Sequence record: PX104380.1 | Source: a phage | Reading direction: 5' to 3' (one strand) | DNA: 64,000 nt | The notes under the pieces: model-generated | Seen by the model: only the letters and a program-made list of their open reading frames with translations | What the model was told of the DNA's origin: nothing | The model's database searches: none | Program-made: the position numbers and the translations under genes | Shown here: one piece after another, positions 9,857 to 19,355 of the stretch | How positions within the stretch are numbered: the first letter of the stretch is position 1 | How the letters are laid out: every line of letters starts with the position of its first letter

Positions 9857-10180
9857 TTAGTCTTCTATGATATCTCTATCATATCCAAGTGAAATGAGAG
9901 TTTCTTTGAAGTGTTTAATGTTCTTTTGTCTAGAATCATTAATGAAAATGACAGGATACCGAATATTAAGAGATGTGAATCCAGCGCGTTTAGCAAGAGA
10001 TACAATCAATGGGCGATCGTACTCAATCTTACCATTATTAGTAAGAACTTTATAGAAAGTAAAAGGAGCATTGAGCTCCTTTAGAAGTTTTGTAACTGAT
10101 TGACATCCAGGACAACGACCTACTTCATCTGGAATTCCATAGACTTCAATCTTATTCTTTAAGTTCGAGTTTTGTTCCAC
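9857..10180 (-). CDS. nrdH: glutaredoxin-like protein NrdH (start probably GTG at 10180)
   Basis: CPGC redox motif in KIEVYGIPDEVGRCPGCQSVTKLL; listed ORF start overlaps upstream gene, GTG with AAGGAA SD is in frame. Confidence 0.65.
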   Translation of the reverse strand: MEQNSNLKNKIEVYGIPDEVGRCPGCQSVTKLLKELNAPFTFYKVLTNNGKIEYDRPLIVSLAKRAGFTSLNIRYPVIFINDSRQKNIKHFKETLISLGYDRDIIED

Positions 10181-10463
10181 GAGAAATAATTCCTTGGTAA
10201 GCCCAATAAGGAGGATTAGCAGAATCCTCACCAGAGTTTTCTTCAGGAAAATAAACCTGGATAACGAAGCCGGATTCATCAAAGGTAAAATAAACCGTAG
10301 GCAGTTCACCTAACAAATCGGCACGAGCGTTGATTTCTTCGAGGTCTTGTTCACGTCCAGCCCAGAAGCTTGGGTTCAGACTACATTCATAGAAATAATA
10401 GTCATTACCGAACATATCAAAACCATTCCAACTCTCTACTACATACCGCTCAAAACTAATCAT
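10152..10463 (-). CDS. hypothetical acidic protein (103 aa)
   Basis: Minus-strand ORF. Confidence 0.5.
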   Translation of the reverse strand: MISFERYVVESWNGFDMFGNDYYFYECSLNPSFWAGREQDLEEINARADLLGELPTVYFTFDESGFVIQVYFPEENSGEDSANPPYWAYQGIISRGTKLELKE

Positions 10464-10465
10464 AA

Positions 10466-10681
10466 TTAAGCCTTTTTATCAAGAACCGCATTCAGCTTGT
10501 TAGTAATTTTATCCAGACGCTCATTGAACTCACTAGAAGATAAGCCCTTTTCTGGAGAAATCAAACTAATTACGAAAAATATAACAATAAAAGGAATAAG
10601 GAAAATAGCTCCAACTGCCATGAACAAAAAGAATGTTACAGTTGTAAGAAAATCAGCTAAACCTTTACGAAATTTATACAT
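10466..10681 (-). CDS. small membrane protein (71 aa)
   Basis: Central hydrophobic helix FFLFMAVGAIFLIPFIVIFFVISLI. Confidence 0.5.
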   Translation of the reverse strand: MYKFRKGLADFLTTVTFFLFMAVGAIFLIPFIVIFFVISLISPEKGLSSSEFNERLDKITNKLNAVLDKKA

Positions 10682-10796
10682 ATTTTACCCTTAATTGATT
10701 AACCAAGCATTGATAAGCACTAAACTATATTGCGAATAAAATTCTGGACCAAAATGAAAAATCATATCATTTATAGTATCCATAATGTAATTCAAT

Positions 10797-11267
10797 TTAA
10801 TCATGTGTCCACACCCCATCGGTATTTGACCAAAGTCGCTGATTATCTGATCCTCGCCACAGCTTTTTAGTCGGAAGATTTTTCTCATACTTCCCATCAA
10901 TAATAACATCAACATATTTAAGCATTTCTAGTTGTTTAATATCTTCAAACTTATATCCTGTCCACAACCAAATGCTTTTATTGGGATAAAGATTTTTAAT
11001 AGTTTGAACCACAGAGTGAATCACGTCTCTGTTATCAGGATAAAGAGGGTCACCTCCGGTTATAGTTAATCCTTCTATATAATCATTATTCAAACATTCA
11101 ATCAATTGTTCTAGTGTTTCACCAGTGAATGGAATACCATTTCTAGCATTCCATGTTGATTTATTATAACACCCTTCGCATTTATGCAAACAACCTGTAA
11201 CGAAAAGAACGACCCTGCATCCAGGGCCATTCACAAAGCAGCACGGGTATATTCTGTCATAATTCAT
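10797..11267 (-). CDS. nrdG: anaerobic ribonucleotide reductase activating protein NrdG (radical SAM)
   Basis: MNYDRIYPCCFVNGPGCR...CLHKCEGCYN cysteine cluster; start at internal Met gives ATGA overlap with upstream ORF. Confidence 0.85.
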   Translation of the reverse strand: MNYDRIYPCCFVNGPGCRVVLFVTGCLHKCEGCYNKSTWNARNGIPFTGETLEQLIECLNNDYIEGLTITGGDPLYPDNRDVIHSVVQTIKNLYPNKSIWLWTGYKFEDIKQLEMLKYVDVIIDGKYEKNLPTKKLWRGSDNQRLWSNTDGVWTHD

Positions 11268-12094
11268 AATAATATCCAATTTTTCCAAGCTTCATCAGTA
11301 GAATTACAGCGTTTTAGTATAAGATGTCTAGAAACTTTTATGGCATTTGAGCACTTTTTAATTGAATCATATTTAATACCGTCAACTGAAACGGTTTTGC
11401 TCGTTGGAGAAATTTTTCCATACATTGGATTTTTTGAACCAACTTGAAGTCCTTTTAAAGCTTTTGAAAGCTTTTGTCTAGATTCCAATGACATGGGAGA
11501 ATTCTTTTTACCTTCAATAATTCGCTTGCGATGAAGTTCGCGTTCTTCTTCGCTCAAAGAATTGTAATATTTTTTAACACCGTTTGATATAGATAATTTA
11601 TCTTTCTCAGACCGCTCTCCAACTAATTTACTTCTAACATCTTTTCGCTTCATAGCTATGCTTACAGCTTTATTTAAATTTGCTTGATGCTCTGGCGTAC
11701 GTTTATATTTCTTTAAAGCACGTGAAATAGCTATTTTAGTTTCTACTGTTTTCTTTTTACCTTTATTTGCTAAACTATTTTTGTGGCGATGTTCAAGTGT
11801 CTGTTCATAAGCAGTTCCACCTTTTCCACCGGGTTTAATATTATATGTATTTTCTTTTAGACAATACTCTTCGGTTACAAGTTCAGCTTCTTTATCATAC
11901 ATTTGTTTTTCATTATCAAAAACATGTAAAATTTCTTTATTAAAATTTTTTCTACCATATTTTAATAAAGCGGCACGAATCAATGTTCCTGATCCCATAT
12001 AACCGTCATTTATGTTATCGGTGCTATGCGCACCGATATATTCCTTTGAATTAATTATATTTGTTATTTTATAAATTATATAATACCTATGCAT
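11264..12094 (-). mobile_element. GIY-YIG homing endonuclease ORF (276 aa) inserted between nrdD and nrdG
   Basis: N-terminal YYIIYKITNIINSKEYIGAHS is a canonical GIY-YIG motif; basic C-terminal DNA-binding half. Confidence 0.7.
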
Positions 12095-13904
12095 GTTTTA
12101 CTCGTTTTACCATTTCTTTCATTTTACCTAAATTCCATGGAACAACGCTAGGAGTTCCAAGATATCCGCATGTTCTTCTTATGGTATTCATCTTTTTAGG
12201 ATCAGTTTCTCCACAAATAGAACAAACAAATCCGTTTTCAGTAGGAGTCATTTCATGGGTACTTCCACATGTAAAACATTTATCTACTGGCATATTAACA
12301 CCAAAATAATCTAAATGTTGTGCAGCATAATCCCATACGGCCTCAAGACCCTTTAAGTTATTTTTCATATCAGGAAGTTCAACATAAGAAATGTGGCCGC
12401 CTGTCGCAATGAAATGATATGGCGCTTCACGAGAAATCTTTTCAAACGGAGTAACATTTTCTTCTACTGAAACGTGGAAACTGTTAGTGTACCAGCCTTT
12501 ATCGGTAACATCTTTTACACTTCCATATTTTTCGGTATCAAGTTTACAGAAGCGATAACACAGGTTTTCAGCAGGAGTAGAATACAAGCTAAAAGCAAAT
12601 CCGGTTCTTTCTGTCCACTGCTTAAGACGAGCATTCATTTTAGTTAAAATTTCTTGTCCAATATCACGACCGACAAGAATATTCAATTCGTGAATACCAA
12701 TGTATCCTAAGGACACTGAACTTCTACCGTTTTTAAATAACTCAATTATATCATCATCAGGTTTAAGACGAACCCCGAATGCACCTTCTTGGTAAAGAAT
12801 AGGAGCAACAGTCGCTTTAACTCCTTTTAAGGAACTAATTCTACACATCAAAGCTTCAAAACACAGATCCATTCGTTCATTAAATAGCTCAACAAATTTC
12901 TGCTCATTGAATTGAGTTCCAATATAAGAATCTAATGCGATGCGAGGAAGATTCAATGTTACAACACCAAGATTATTACGTCCATCAAGAATTTCATTAC
13001 CGGTTGAATCTTTCCACACACTCAAGAAACTACGACAACCCATTGGAGAAACAGGAGTAGATGAGCCGGTGATAGCTTTATTGTTCTTAGCCGAAATGAT
13101 GTCAGGATACATTCTTTTGCTTGCGCACTCTAGAGCAAGCTGTTTAATATCATAGTTCGGGTCGTCTTTATAAAGATTAACACCTTCTTCAACGAACATA
13201 ACAAGTTTAGGGAAAATAGGAGTTATCCCATCACGACCAAGACCTTTAATACGATTTTTCAGAATTGCTTTCTGAATCATTCGTTCAGTCCAGTCAGTTC
13301 CCGTACCAAATGTAATTGTTACAAAAGGCGTTTGTCCGTTTGAACTAAAGAGAGTATTTACTTCATATTCATAAGCTTGGAATGCATCGTATACATCTTT
13401 TTCTGTTTTAGATTGAGCATAATTCAACGCATCAGCGATTTGCCATTTTTCTGCATCCTCAATATGTTTTGCATAGGTGCGTTTAACATAAGGAGAAAGT
13501 ACTTTATCTACATTCGCAAAAGTCGTTCCGCCGTATTGATGGGAAGCAACCTGTGCAGTAATTTGTGCCATAATTGCAGTAGCAACACCGATTGATTTAG
13601 GAGTTTCAATCTGTGCATTACCAAGCTTAAATCCGTTCTCAAGCATTCCTTTTAAATCTACTAAACAACAATTAGTAAATGGAAGAGCAGGGGAATAATC
13701 AATATCATGGAAATGAATAATTCCGCTTTCATGCGCTTTCATAATAAAAGACGGGACCATATTTTTGGCAATGTGTTTAGACACAATACCAGCCATAAGG
13801 TCCCGTTGAGTTGGAAAAACACGAGAATCTTTATTAGCATTCTCGTTTAAAAGGTCTTTATTAGTTTTATGAATCAATCCTTCAATTTCTTTTTCAATTG
13901 TCAT
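12087..13904 (-). CDS. nrdD: anaerobic (class III) ribonucleoside-triphosphate reductase NrdD, 605 aa, uninterrupted
   Basis: Length and sequence recognised as T4 NrdD; C-terminal CxxC zinc site and glycyl-radical region; no intron interrupts the ORF. Confidence 0.9.
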   Translation of the reverse strand: MTIEKEIEGLIHKTNKDLLNENANKDSRVFPTQRDLMAGIVSKHIAKNMVPSFIMKAHESGIIHFHDIDYSPALPFTNCCLVDLKGMLENGFKLGNAQIETPKSIGVATAIMAQITAQVASHQYGGTTFANVDKVLSPYVKRTYAKHIEDAEKWQIADALNYAQSKTEKDVYDAFQAYEYEVNTLFSSNGQTPFVTITFGTGTDWTERMIQKAILKNRIKGLGRDGITPIFPKLVMFVEEGVNLYKDDPNYDIKQLALECASKRMYPDIISAKNNKAITGSSTPVSPMGCRSFLSVWKDSTGNEILDGRNNLGVVTLNLPRIALDSYIGTQFNEQKFVELFNERMDLCFEALMCRISSLKGVKATVAPILYQEGAFGVRLKPDDDIIELFKNGRSSVSLGYIGIHELNILVGRDIGQEILTKMNARLKQWTERTGFAFSLYSTPAENLCYRFCKLDTEKYGSVKDVTDKGWYTNSFHVSVEENVTPFEKISREAPYHFIATGGHISYVELPDMKNNLKGLEAVWDYAAQHLDYFGVNMPVDKCFTCGSTHEMTPTENGFVCSICGETDPKKMNTIRRTCGYLGTPSVVPWNLGKMKEMVKRVKHA

Positions 13905-14374
13905 TTTAAACTCTTTCTAAGCTGCTTCTTGAATGAAGCTATTAATTGTGTTTTGGTGTCAGATTCATTATATTCAAATCCTCTTTGAAGCATCTCGGCA
14001 ATCATTTCCTCTTTTCCTAAACGAGAAAATTCCTTTGATTTATCTCCAACAAAGTTAGGGTGAATATTATTTTGGGTGTAATCGGATTTTAAATAAGTAA
14101 GTAAATTTTCTAACCATTCAAGATAATCAACACCTTGCCCCTTTAAGCCAGAACGATTAAATTTATGTTTCATTTGACCTTCCGCGGCATTGCAGAGATT
14201 ACAAAGCAATCCACGTACCTTTCCTGCTTTTGGTCCATTTAATTCATGGTCATGGTCAAGGTGATTAGCTTGAACATCAGGATTTAATTCTCGTTGGCAA
14301 ATTAAGCATTTACCATTTTGTGCATCATAAAATTTCTGTTTTTCTTCTTTATATAATTTGCCAGTCAATAACAT
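13901..14374 (-). CDS. 49: endonuclease VII (Holliday junction resolvase) gp49, 157 aa
   Basis: CLICQ...CNLCN zinc motif and length match T4 gp49. Confidence 0.9.
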   Translation of the reverse strand: MLLTGKLYKEEKQKFYDAQNGKCLICQRELNPDVQANHLDHDHELNGPKAGKVRGLLCNLCNAAEGQMKHKFNRSGLKGQGVDYLEWLENLLTYLKSDYTQNNIHPNFVGDKSKEFSRLGKEEMIAEMLQRGFEYNESDTKTQLIASFKKQLRKSLK

Positions 14375-14415
14375 AATAAACCCTTACCTTAAATAGATAA
14401 GGGTATTTATTATTT

Positions 14416-14901
14416 TCAAGTATTGTAAAACATTCGATGCAATCGCTTATATTGCCGAATCTTTTGGTCAGAAAAAGAAATTTGGGTTTCAAGCCATTCA
14501 ATATATTCTGCCGCAGCTTGCATCAGGTTACCTTCATAGCCATCGTTATTTTCTTGCGCAGCTAATTTAGCTAATGCGTATGAAATACGTTCACCTTGAA
14601 AATCGGCTTTAGGCTTCTGAACAACTTGATTAGTTCGCTCTACAACTTCTTCAATTTCGCCATTTTCAACGGATTCAGTATTCCATAAGCACCAATACGT
14701 AATTGGCTTATCATAGATATTAATAATCTTTCCGTCGGAAAGTTCAATTTCAATAATTCCAGTATCAGGCTCTATATCATCTTCACATTCTTTTGCAAGT
14801 TCACGAACTTTAAAGACAGTACCTGCGCTAAGTTCCGGCCAGTAATTACACAGCCCTGTATCAGCACGATTAATTCTAAACCACTTATCTACTGTAATCA
14901 T
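14416..14901 (-). CDS. pin: probable PinA (inhibitor of host Lon protease), 161 aa from second Met
   Basis: Position between gene 49 and nrdC and length as in T4; sequence not independently verified. Confidence 0.5.
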   Translation of the reverse strand: MITVDKWFRINRADTGLCNYWPELSAGTVFKVRELAKECEDDIEPDTGIIEIELSDGKIINIYDKPITYWCLWNTESVENGEIEEVVERTNQVVQKPKADFQGERISYALAKLAAQENNDGYEGNLMQAAAEYIEWLETQISFSDQKIRQYKRLHRMFYNT

Positions 14902-15023
14902 GTCCCATCTCCATATCAATTAAGTCATTTATCGTTGGTTCATTATATACTGTTTCTTCATCAGTGTAAACCGGTTCTTCCGGCTCTGGCTCTACAGTTT
15001 CCCATCTAGCCGCCCACCAAGGT

Positions 15024-15233
15024 TTAACCCCGAAGCTTATTAAGTTCTTCATCATCAATCCAGGATTCTAGTCCTGTTGGCAGGTCACATTCAATTTCCC
15101 AAAGAAGTTCTTCAATTTTCTGAAGACGATCTAGTTCTTCAGCAGGAATAGTAACCATTGACGGAGCTCTTGCTACATTAATATCGTAAATCATATTTAC
15201 CCCAGTTTGACCATACAATCGCCGTATTTCCAC
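15024..15233 (-). CDS. hypothetical protein (69 aa)
   Basis: Minus-strand ORF. Confidence 0.4.
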   Translation of the reverse strand: MEIRRLYGQTGVNMIYDINVARAPSMVTIPAEELDRLQKIEELLWEIECDLPTGLESWIDDEELNKLRG

Positions 15234-15412
15234 TTAGAAATAGACTTTTCACCATTAGAATAATAAACTTCAAGTTTAGCACGATTATTTTTAATTTGAA
15301 TAACCTTGGCTGTCATCAAAGTTCCATACCCATAATAAACTGCAACTTCATCACCTACATATACCGCGCTTCCGCGGTAATCATGGATATAATCAGTTCC
15401 TTCGAGCATCAT
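15197..15412 (-). CDS. hypothetical protein (71 aa)
   Basis: Minus-strand ORF. Confidence 0.45.
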   Translation of the reverse strand: MMLEGTDYIHDYRGSAVYVGDEVAVYYGYGTLMTAKVIQIKNNRAKLEVYYSNGEKSISKWKYGDCMVKLG

Positions 15413-15672
15413 TTAAAGTATTCCCGCAATTGGTCAAATCCACCAATATGACTTCCATCAGGAGCAAATACTTGTGGCATTGTCAAACCAATTTGAGTAT
15501 CACGACCTAGTTTAGTCAGAAGCTCAGCGATTTTCTCATCATCAAAAACACCTTTTTCCGGCATAATGTTGATAAATTCAAACGGCTGTTTCTTCACGGT
15601 CAAAAGACGTTTTGCATTATCACAATACACGCATTTGTGGATGTTGCTATCATAACCATATACTTTAAACAT
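15409..15672 (-). CDS. nrdC: thioredoxin/glutaredoxin NrdC (87 aa)
   Basis: MFKVYGYDSNIHKCVYCDNAKRLL... with CVYC active site, recognised as T4 thioredoxin. Confidence 0.95.
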   Translation of the reverse strand: MFKVYGYDSNIHKCVYCDNAKRLLTVKKQPFEFINIMPEKGVFDDEKIAELLTKLGRDTQIGLTMPQVFAPDGSHIGGFDQLREYFK

Positions 15673-15673
15673 A

Positions 15674-15916
15674 TTATTCCTTAATTCCTAGTACTTGTTT
15701 AAAAGTCTCGTCGTAATCAAGACTTTGACCCGTTTGTTCTTTATGTTTGTATATAATATCACTTACTTCTGATAGCATATTTTTATATGAACGAGTTAAA
15801 GCAGATTTAAGCACGCTGTATCTATCAGGAAATTTACCATGTTCATTATAATAAGCTATTGCTAATTCACGGACTGCCTTTTCAGCAGCCTCCATATATT
15901 CTTTACGCTTGGTCAT
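15674..15916 (-). CDS. hypothetical protein (80 aa)
   Basis: Minus-strand ORF. Confidence 0.5.
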   Translation of the reverse strand: MTKRKEYMEAAEKAVRELAIAYYNEHGKFPDRYSVLKSALTRSYKNMLSEVSDIIYKHKEQTGQSLDYDETFKQVLGIKE

Positions 15917-15918
15917 TT

Positions 15919-16308
15919 TTAATCCAAAATATTATTAGGCATTGGTTGAACACTCACAAGTTCTTTAAAGAACTCAGTAGAATCAGGCAATTTAACCATT
16001 TCCGGAGCATGCTTACTGAATTTATGTTTACATTGACGGCATTTATATTCAAGCTCTGGTTTACGCCAGTTAATCAATTGAACTTGTTCAGTACCGCATT
16101 CAGGGCAATTAGGAACATTTTTAGAAGCTCTTTCACGTCGTTCAACCATAACCATAATGGCATCCCAAGCAGGAGGTTTAAAGTCTAAATCGTCACAACC
16201 ATGAATCTTTCCACGCATTTCCAAATCGTCTTCTTCACCAGCCATAATAATTTTAATTAGACTAGAATTACTTGAAGCTGCAATATCTTCTAATAAACGC
16301 TTTTTCAT
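15919..16308 (-). CDS. hypothetical zinc-ribbon protein (129 aa)
   Basis: CPECG...CRQCKH two CxxC pairs. Confidence 0.5.
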   Translation of the reverse strand: MKKRLLEDIAASSNSSLIKIIMAGEEDDLEMRGKIHGCDDLDFKPPAWDAIMVMVERRERASKNVPNCPECGTEQVQLINWRKPELEYKCRQCKHKFSKHAPEMVKLPDSTEFFKELVSVQPMPNNILD

Positions 16309-17231
16309 TTCAGTACCTCAATAGCATCACGTAAACCATTTGCTTTGGCGGTTAAAGCCTTAAGAACTTTAGTATGCTCTTCAATTTGTTTTTCAACTTC
16401 AATCAAACGAGCATTGAGATATTCGCGTTCTTCTTTCATAGTATCATTTCCATGATTGGATTTTGGTGTAGGTTTAAATTCACTAGGGTCCTTTAACTTA
16501 ATAACAAATTTAGTTTCAAACAGTGAAAGACCATAATTCGTATTATCATCAAAGGATTTAACTACATCCATATTAGATAATAACTCATGCAAATTATAAG
16601 ACAAAGAACTAATAGTTTCATTGTGTTTATTAGCTTCGCGTGGTTTCATATACGGAAGATTTTTATATATCTCATGCGGAGCGCAAACGATAATTGACAA
16701 TTCAAATTGTCCATTCTGGGACGATGGAATGAATTTAGCCGTAACCCAGTCTTTTACATTCACATTAATAGTACGGTTATCACCATGACAAAACAGTCTA
16801 CGAGAATGCTTAAAAAGCATATTCACGTTATTATTGAATTCGTGTGAAAATTCACTAGCAAATTTTTCTTTACTATCTTTAGAAAACCATTCTTCTAAAT
16901 AAGTTCTTTTCACGTCATTAATAATATTAAATGTAACAACACTAGCATTTGATACATTAGTCTTAATGTAGCTTGGATACATAAATTTTTTAACATTATT
17001 AACAGCTATCACAGAAGATAGTAATCGGGAACGTTTGAACCACTCGAGCAAAGAACCAAGAGAATGTGAATACGCATTTTGTGTATCTTTACAAATATGG
17101 TTTTCCCATCCAATATAGTCTAAAAAATCACGAAGAATATTATTGATTACTGCTCTGTGTCCGATCTGATAATTACGATGTTTAGTAATAAGACTGTCAA
17201 AATAATCAATATAATGTTTACGAGTTTTCAT
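16305..17231 (-). CDS. hypothetical protein, member 1 of tandem paralog family with C-terminal coiled coil (308 aa)
   Basis: Shares MKTR start and a central F-x-x-x-R-L-x...G-D motif with the next three genes; C-terminal heptad-like helix. Confidence 0.6.
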   Translation of the reverse strand: MKTRKHYIDYFDSLITKHRNYQIGHRAVINNILRDFLDYIGWENHICKDTQNAYSHSLGSLLEWFKRSRLLSSVIAVNNVKKFMYPSYIKTNVSNASVVTFNIINDVKRTYLEEWFSKDSKEKFASEFSHEFNNNVNMLFKHSRRLFCHGDNRTINVNVKDWVTAKFIPSSQNGQFELSIIVCAPHEIYKNLPYMKPREANKHNETISSLSYNLHELLSNMDVVKSFDDNTNYGLSLFETKFVIKLKDPSEFKPTPKSNHGNDTMKEEREYLNARLIEVEKQIEEHTKVLKALTAKANGLRDAIEVLK

Positions 17232-17283
17232 GTTCTTCTCACTTGGTTAATGATTTATACTCCGAGCCATCCTTGGCTTTAAA

Positions 17284-18285
17284 TTACTTAATTAACTGTA
17301 AAGCCTGTTCTAAACGATCAAGACGATTAACAGATTCTTCCCAAATCCTTTTAGCCTGCTCATATTCTTTCTGCGCTTTATTAGAAATTTCTAGAACTTC
17401 TTTATAAGCTTTTTCTAATGCAATAACTTCTGGACGAATTTCTACCGGTTCAGGTGAATCATCAAGACATTCCATTAGTTCCTCAAGGGTAGTTTCTTCT
17501 TTAGGAGTATTCACAATTTCATCACATTTTTGTTGGTAAATTTCTTTACTAGTAGGTGAATAAGTACATTTCACTTCACGAAGACTAACTACAATTTTAT
17601 ATCCTTCCCAACCGCATATATTCTTAAAAGGATATGTATGAATATTTTCTACCGTTTCCATACAAAGTAATGCAGTCTCTAACTGATGAGTTGTATCACT
17701 AGCAATTGAGAAAAATTTATTAATATTCTTTTGATTAGCTTCTGGTGTAAAAAATTCATAATTCACAAAAATAGCTGCTTTATTTTTATCAAGTTCATAT
17801 TCTTTTATGATAATCATATCAGAAGCCAAAGGATGAATTTGACGATAATCGCCATAACATAATTTAGAAGCTGATTTTAGAATTTGCTTCTTGAAAAGTC
17901 TAAAATTACTAATCCAACGACGAGTAAAAATATTCTCAGGGTCTTCTTTATTATTAAGATGATAAGAATTAACATCACCGAACCAACTGTATCCTACTAC
18001 ATCTTTGGTTCGTTTAATTTCTTTCCCAAAATTACTAAGAATATCTTGATTAACTAAATATGAAAGAAGACGAGACCCTTTAAAGGTTTCCTTAATATCA
18101 TCTTTATCTACACGACTAGAAATTTTATGAACTTCATGAATAAATTTGCTGGAAGAAACAATACTTGCATCAGTATTGTTGAGCCACTGATTGATAATAG
18201 AAAGAACACTATTCTGACTAGACATAGGTTTAACTTTATCATCAATAACACTATTGAATGATTTGATATATTCGTTACGAGTCAT
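17284..18285 (-). CDS. hypothetical protein, paralog family member 2 (333 aa from SD-supported start MTRNEY)
   Basis: Early promoter at 18314-18343 places the transcription start downstream of the listed first ATG; GAGGAG SD before ATG at 18285. Confidence 0.6.
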   Translation of the reverse strand: MTRNEYIKSFNSVIDDKVKPMSSQNSVLSIINQWLNNTDASIVSSSKFIHEVHKISSRVDKDDIKETFKGSRLLSYLVNQDILSNFGKEIKRTKDVVGYSWFGDVNSYHLNNKEDPENIFTRRWISNFRLFKKQILKSASKLCYGDYRQIHPLASDMIIIKEYELDKNKAAIFVNYEFFTPEANQKNINKFFSIASDTTHQLETALLCMETVENIHTYPFKNICGWEGYKIVVSLREVKCTYSPTSKEIYQQKCDEIVNTPKEETTLEELMECLDDSPEPVEIRPEVIALEKAYKEVLEISNKAQKEYEQAKRIWEESVNRLDRLEQALQLIK

Positions 18286-18313
18286 ATTAATCTCCTCAGT
18301 AGAAAGTAAGAAC

Positions 18314-18343
18314 ATTATACCACATCCTTGTGGCAAAGTAAAC
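18314..18343 (-). promoter_or_regulatory. T4 early-type promoter (GTTTAC -35, 18 nt spacer, TGGTATAAT extended -10)
   Basis: Minus-strand reading GTTTACTTTGCCACAAGGATGTGGTATAAT. Confidence 0.6.
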
Positions 18344-19347
18344 TAGTTCAGTGCATTTAGTGCGTTGTTCAATTTAGAACGTTGCTTCGTGAGATTTTTT
18401 ACTTTTTCTTGAGCTTTTTCTAGCATCTTTTCAGCTTCTAACACTTCATTAGTTGCTTTAACGAGTTCATCATCTACTGCCTTGATAGACTTCTCAATCG
18501 CATCCGCGTGCCATTTTTCAACAGGTTTAAGACTCGGATTTTCAACAGGAAGAAAATTCACTTTATTGAATTTCCATGCATCATTATTACCTGAACTATA
18601 CATCCAAAATTTAGGATCGTTTGATGAGTAATTAGTTTGGTGTTCAGGTTTTTTCTCTTGTATAACTTCGTCCTTTCTCAAAAAATCGTATTTAAATGAA
18701 ACGATCATATCAAGTTCATACGTTGTTGTGTCTAATTTAAATCGTTCAAAACGAGGTAAAATCTTAGATTGAACAGCAGCAACAACATCCATATACTTAA
18801 ATGCTTCTGTCAGCTGTGATTTAAGACATTCACAAATTGAAAGAGAATTTTTTGTATTAGGTTTAAAGCTAATTCGTGCAGTTCTATTATTTTCTTTTAA
18901 TGGTCTTACTTCCATCTGAAGAGTATAACCATCAAATTTCAGGTTCTTTAAGTTAATGTCAGAACCTTTTAATCGACTAGCCGTCGACAAAATTTGCTTT
19001 AATTGTTTACGGAATAGAGCAATAAATCTCCATTCAATACGATAATGATTTGGATTGAAAAATCCAGATGATAAATCGACCTTACTTTGACCAACGCCTT
19101 GAACAAATAAAGGATTTTTATAATCAATAGTTTTACAGAAATCGGTGAGCTGCTCACGAGCAGTCATTTGTGTAATATACCCTGCTTCATTAAAATTACG
19201 CACCCATTCACTGCTATTCATATATTTAAAGTGAATGGAACTATTAACTTTATCAGGGTCTAAATTATTTTGGCACAAAAATGTCATAACATCACGAGTA
19301 TAGCTGGCATTACGAACCATATCTTCAATTTGAGAACGAGTTTTCAT
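18343..19347 (-). CDS. hypothetical protein, paralog family member 3 (334 aa)
   Basis: MKTR start; FRKQLKQILSTASRL motif; C-terminal coiled coil. Confidence 0.6.
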   Translation of the reverse strand: MKTRSQIEDMVRNASYTRDVMTFLCQNNLDPDKVNSSIHFKYMNSSEWVRNFNEAGYITQMTAREQLTDFCKTIDYKNPLFVQGVGQSKVDLSSGFFNPNHYRIEWRFIALFRKQLKQILSTASRLKGSDINLKNLKFDGYTLQMEVRPLKENNRTARISFKPNTKNSLSICECLKSQLTEAFKYMDVVAAVQSKILPRFERFKLDTTTYELDMIVSFKYDFLRKDEVIQEKKPEHQTNYSSNDPKFWMYSSGNNDAWKFNKVNFLPVENPSLKPVEKWHADAIEKSIKAVDDELVKATNEVLEAEKMLEKAQEKVKNLTKQRSKLNNALNALN

Positions 19348-19355
19348 GGTGTTCC

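Noticed and set aside
10691-10915. 74-aa minus-strand ORF overlapping the 3' part of nrdG
   Set aside because: Out-of-frame overlap with the well-supported NrdG coding sequence; no independent support.
12087-13904. Looked for a group I intron/intron-encoded endonuclease in nrdD as in T4
   Set aside because: nrdD is a single uninterrupted 605-codon ORF; no intron present.
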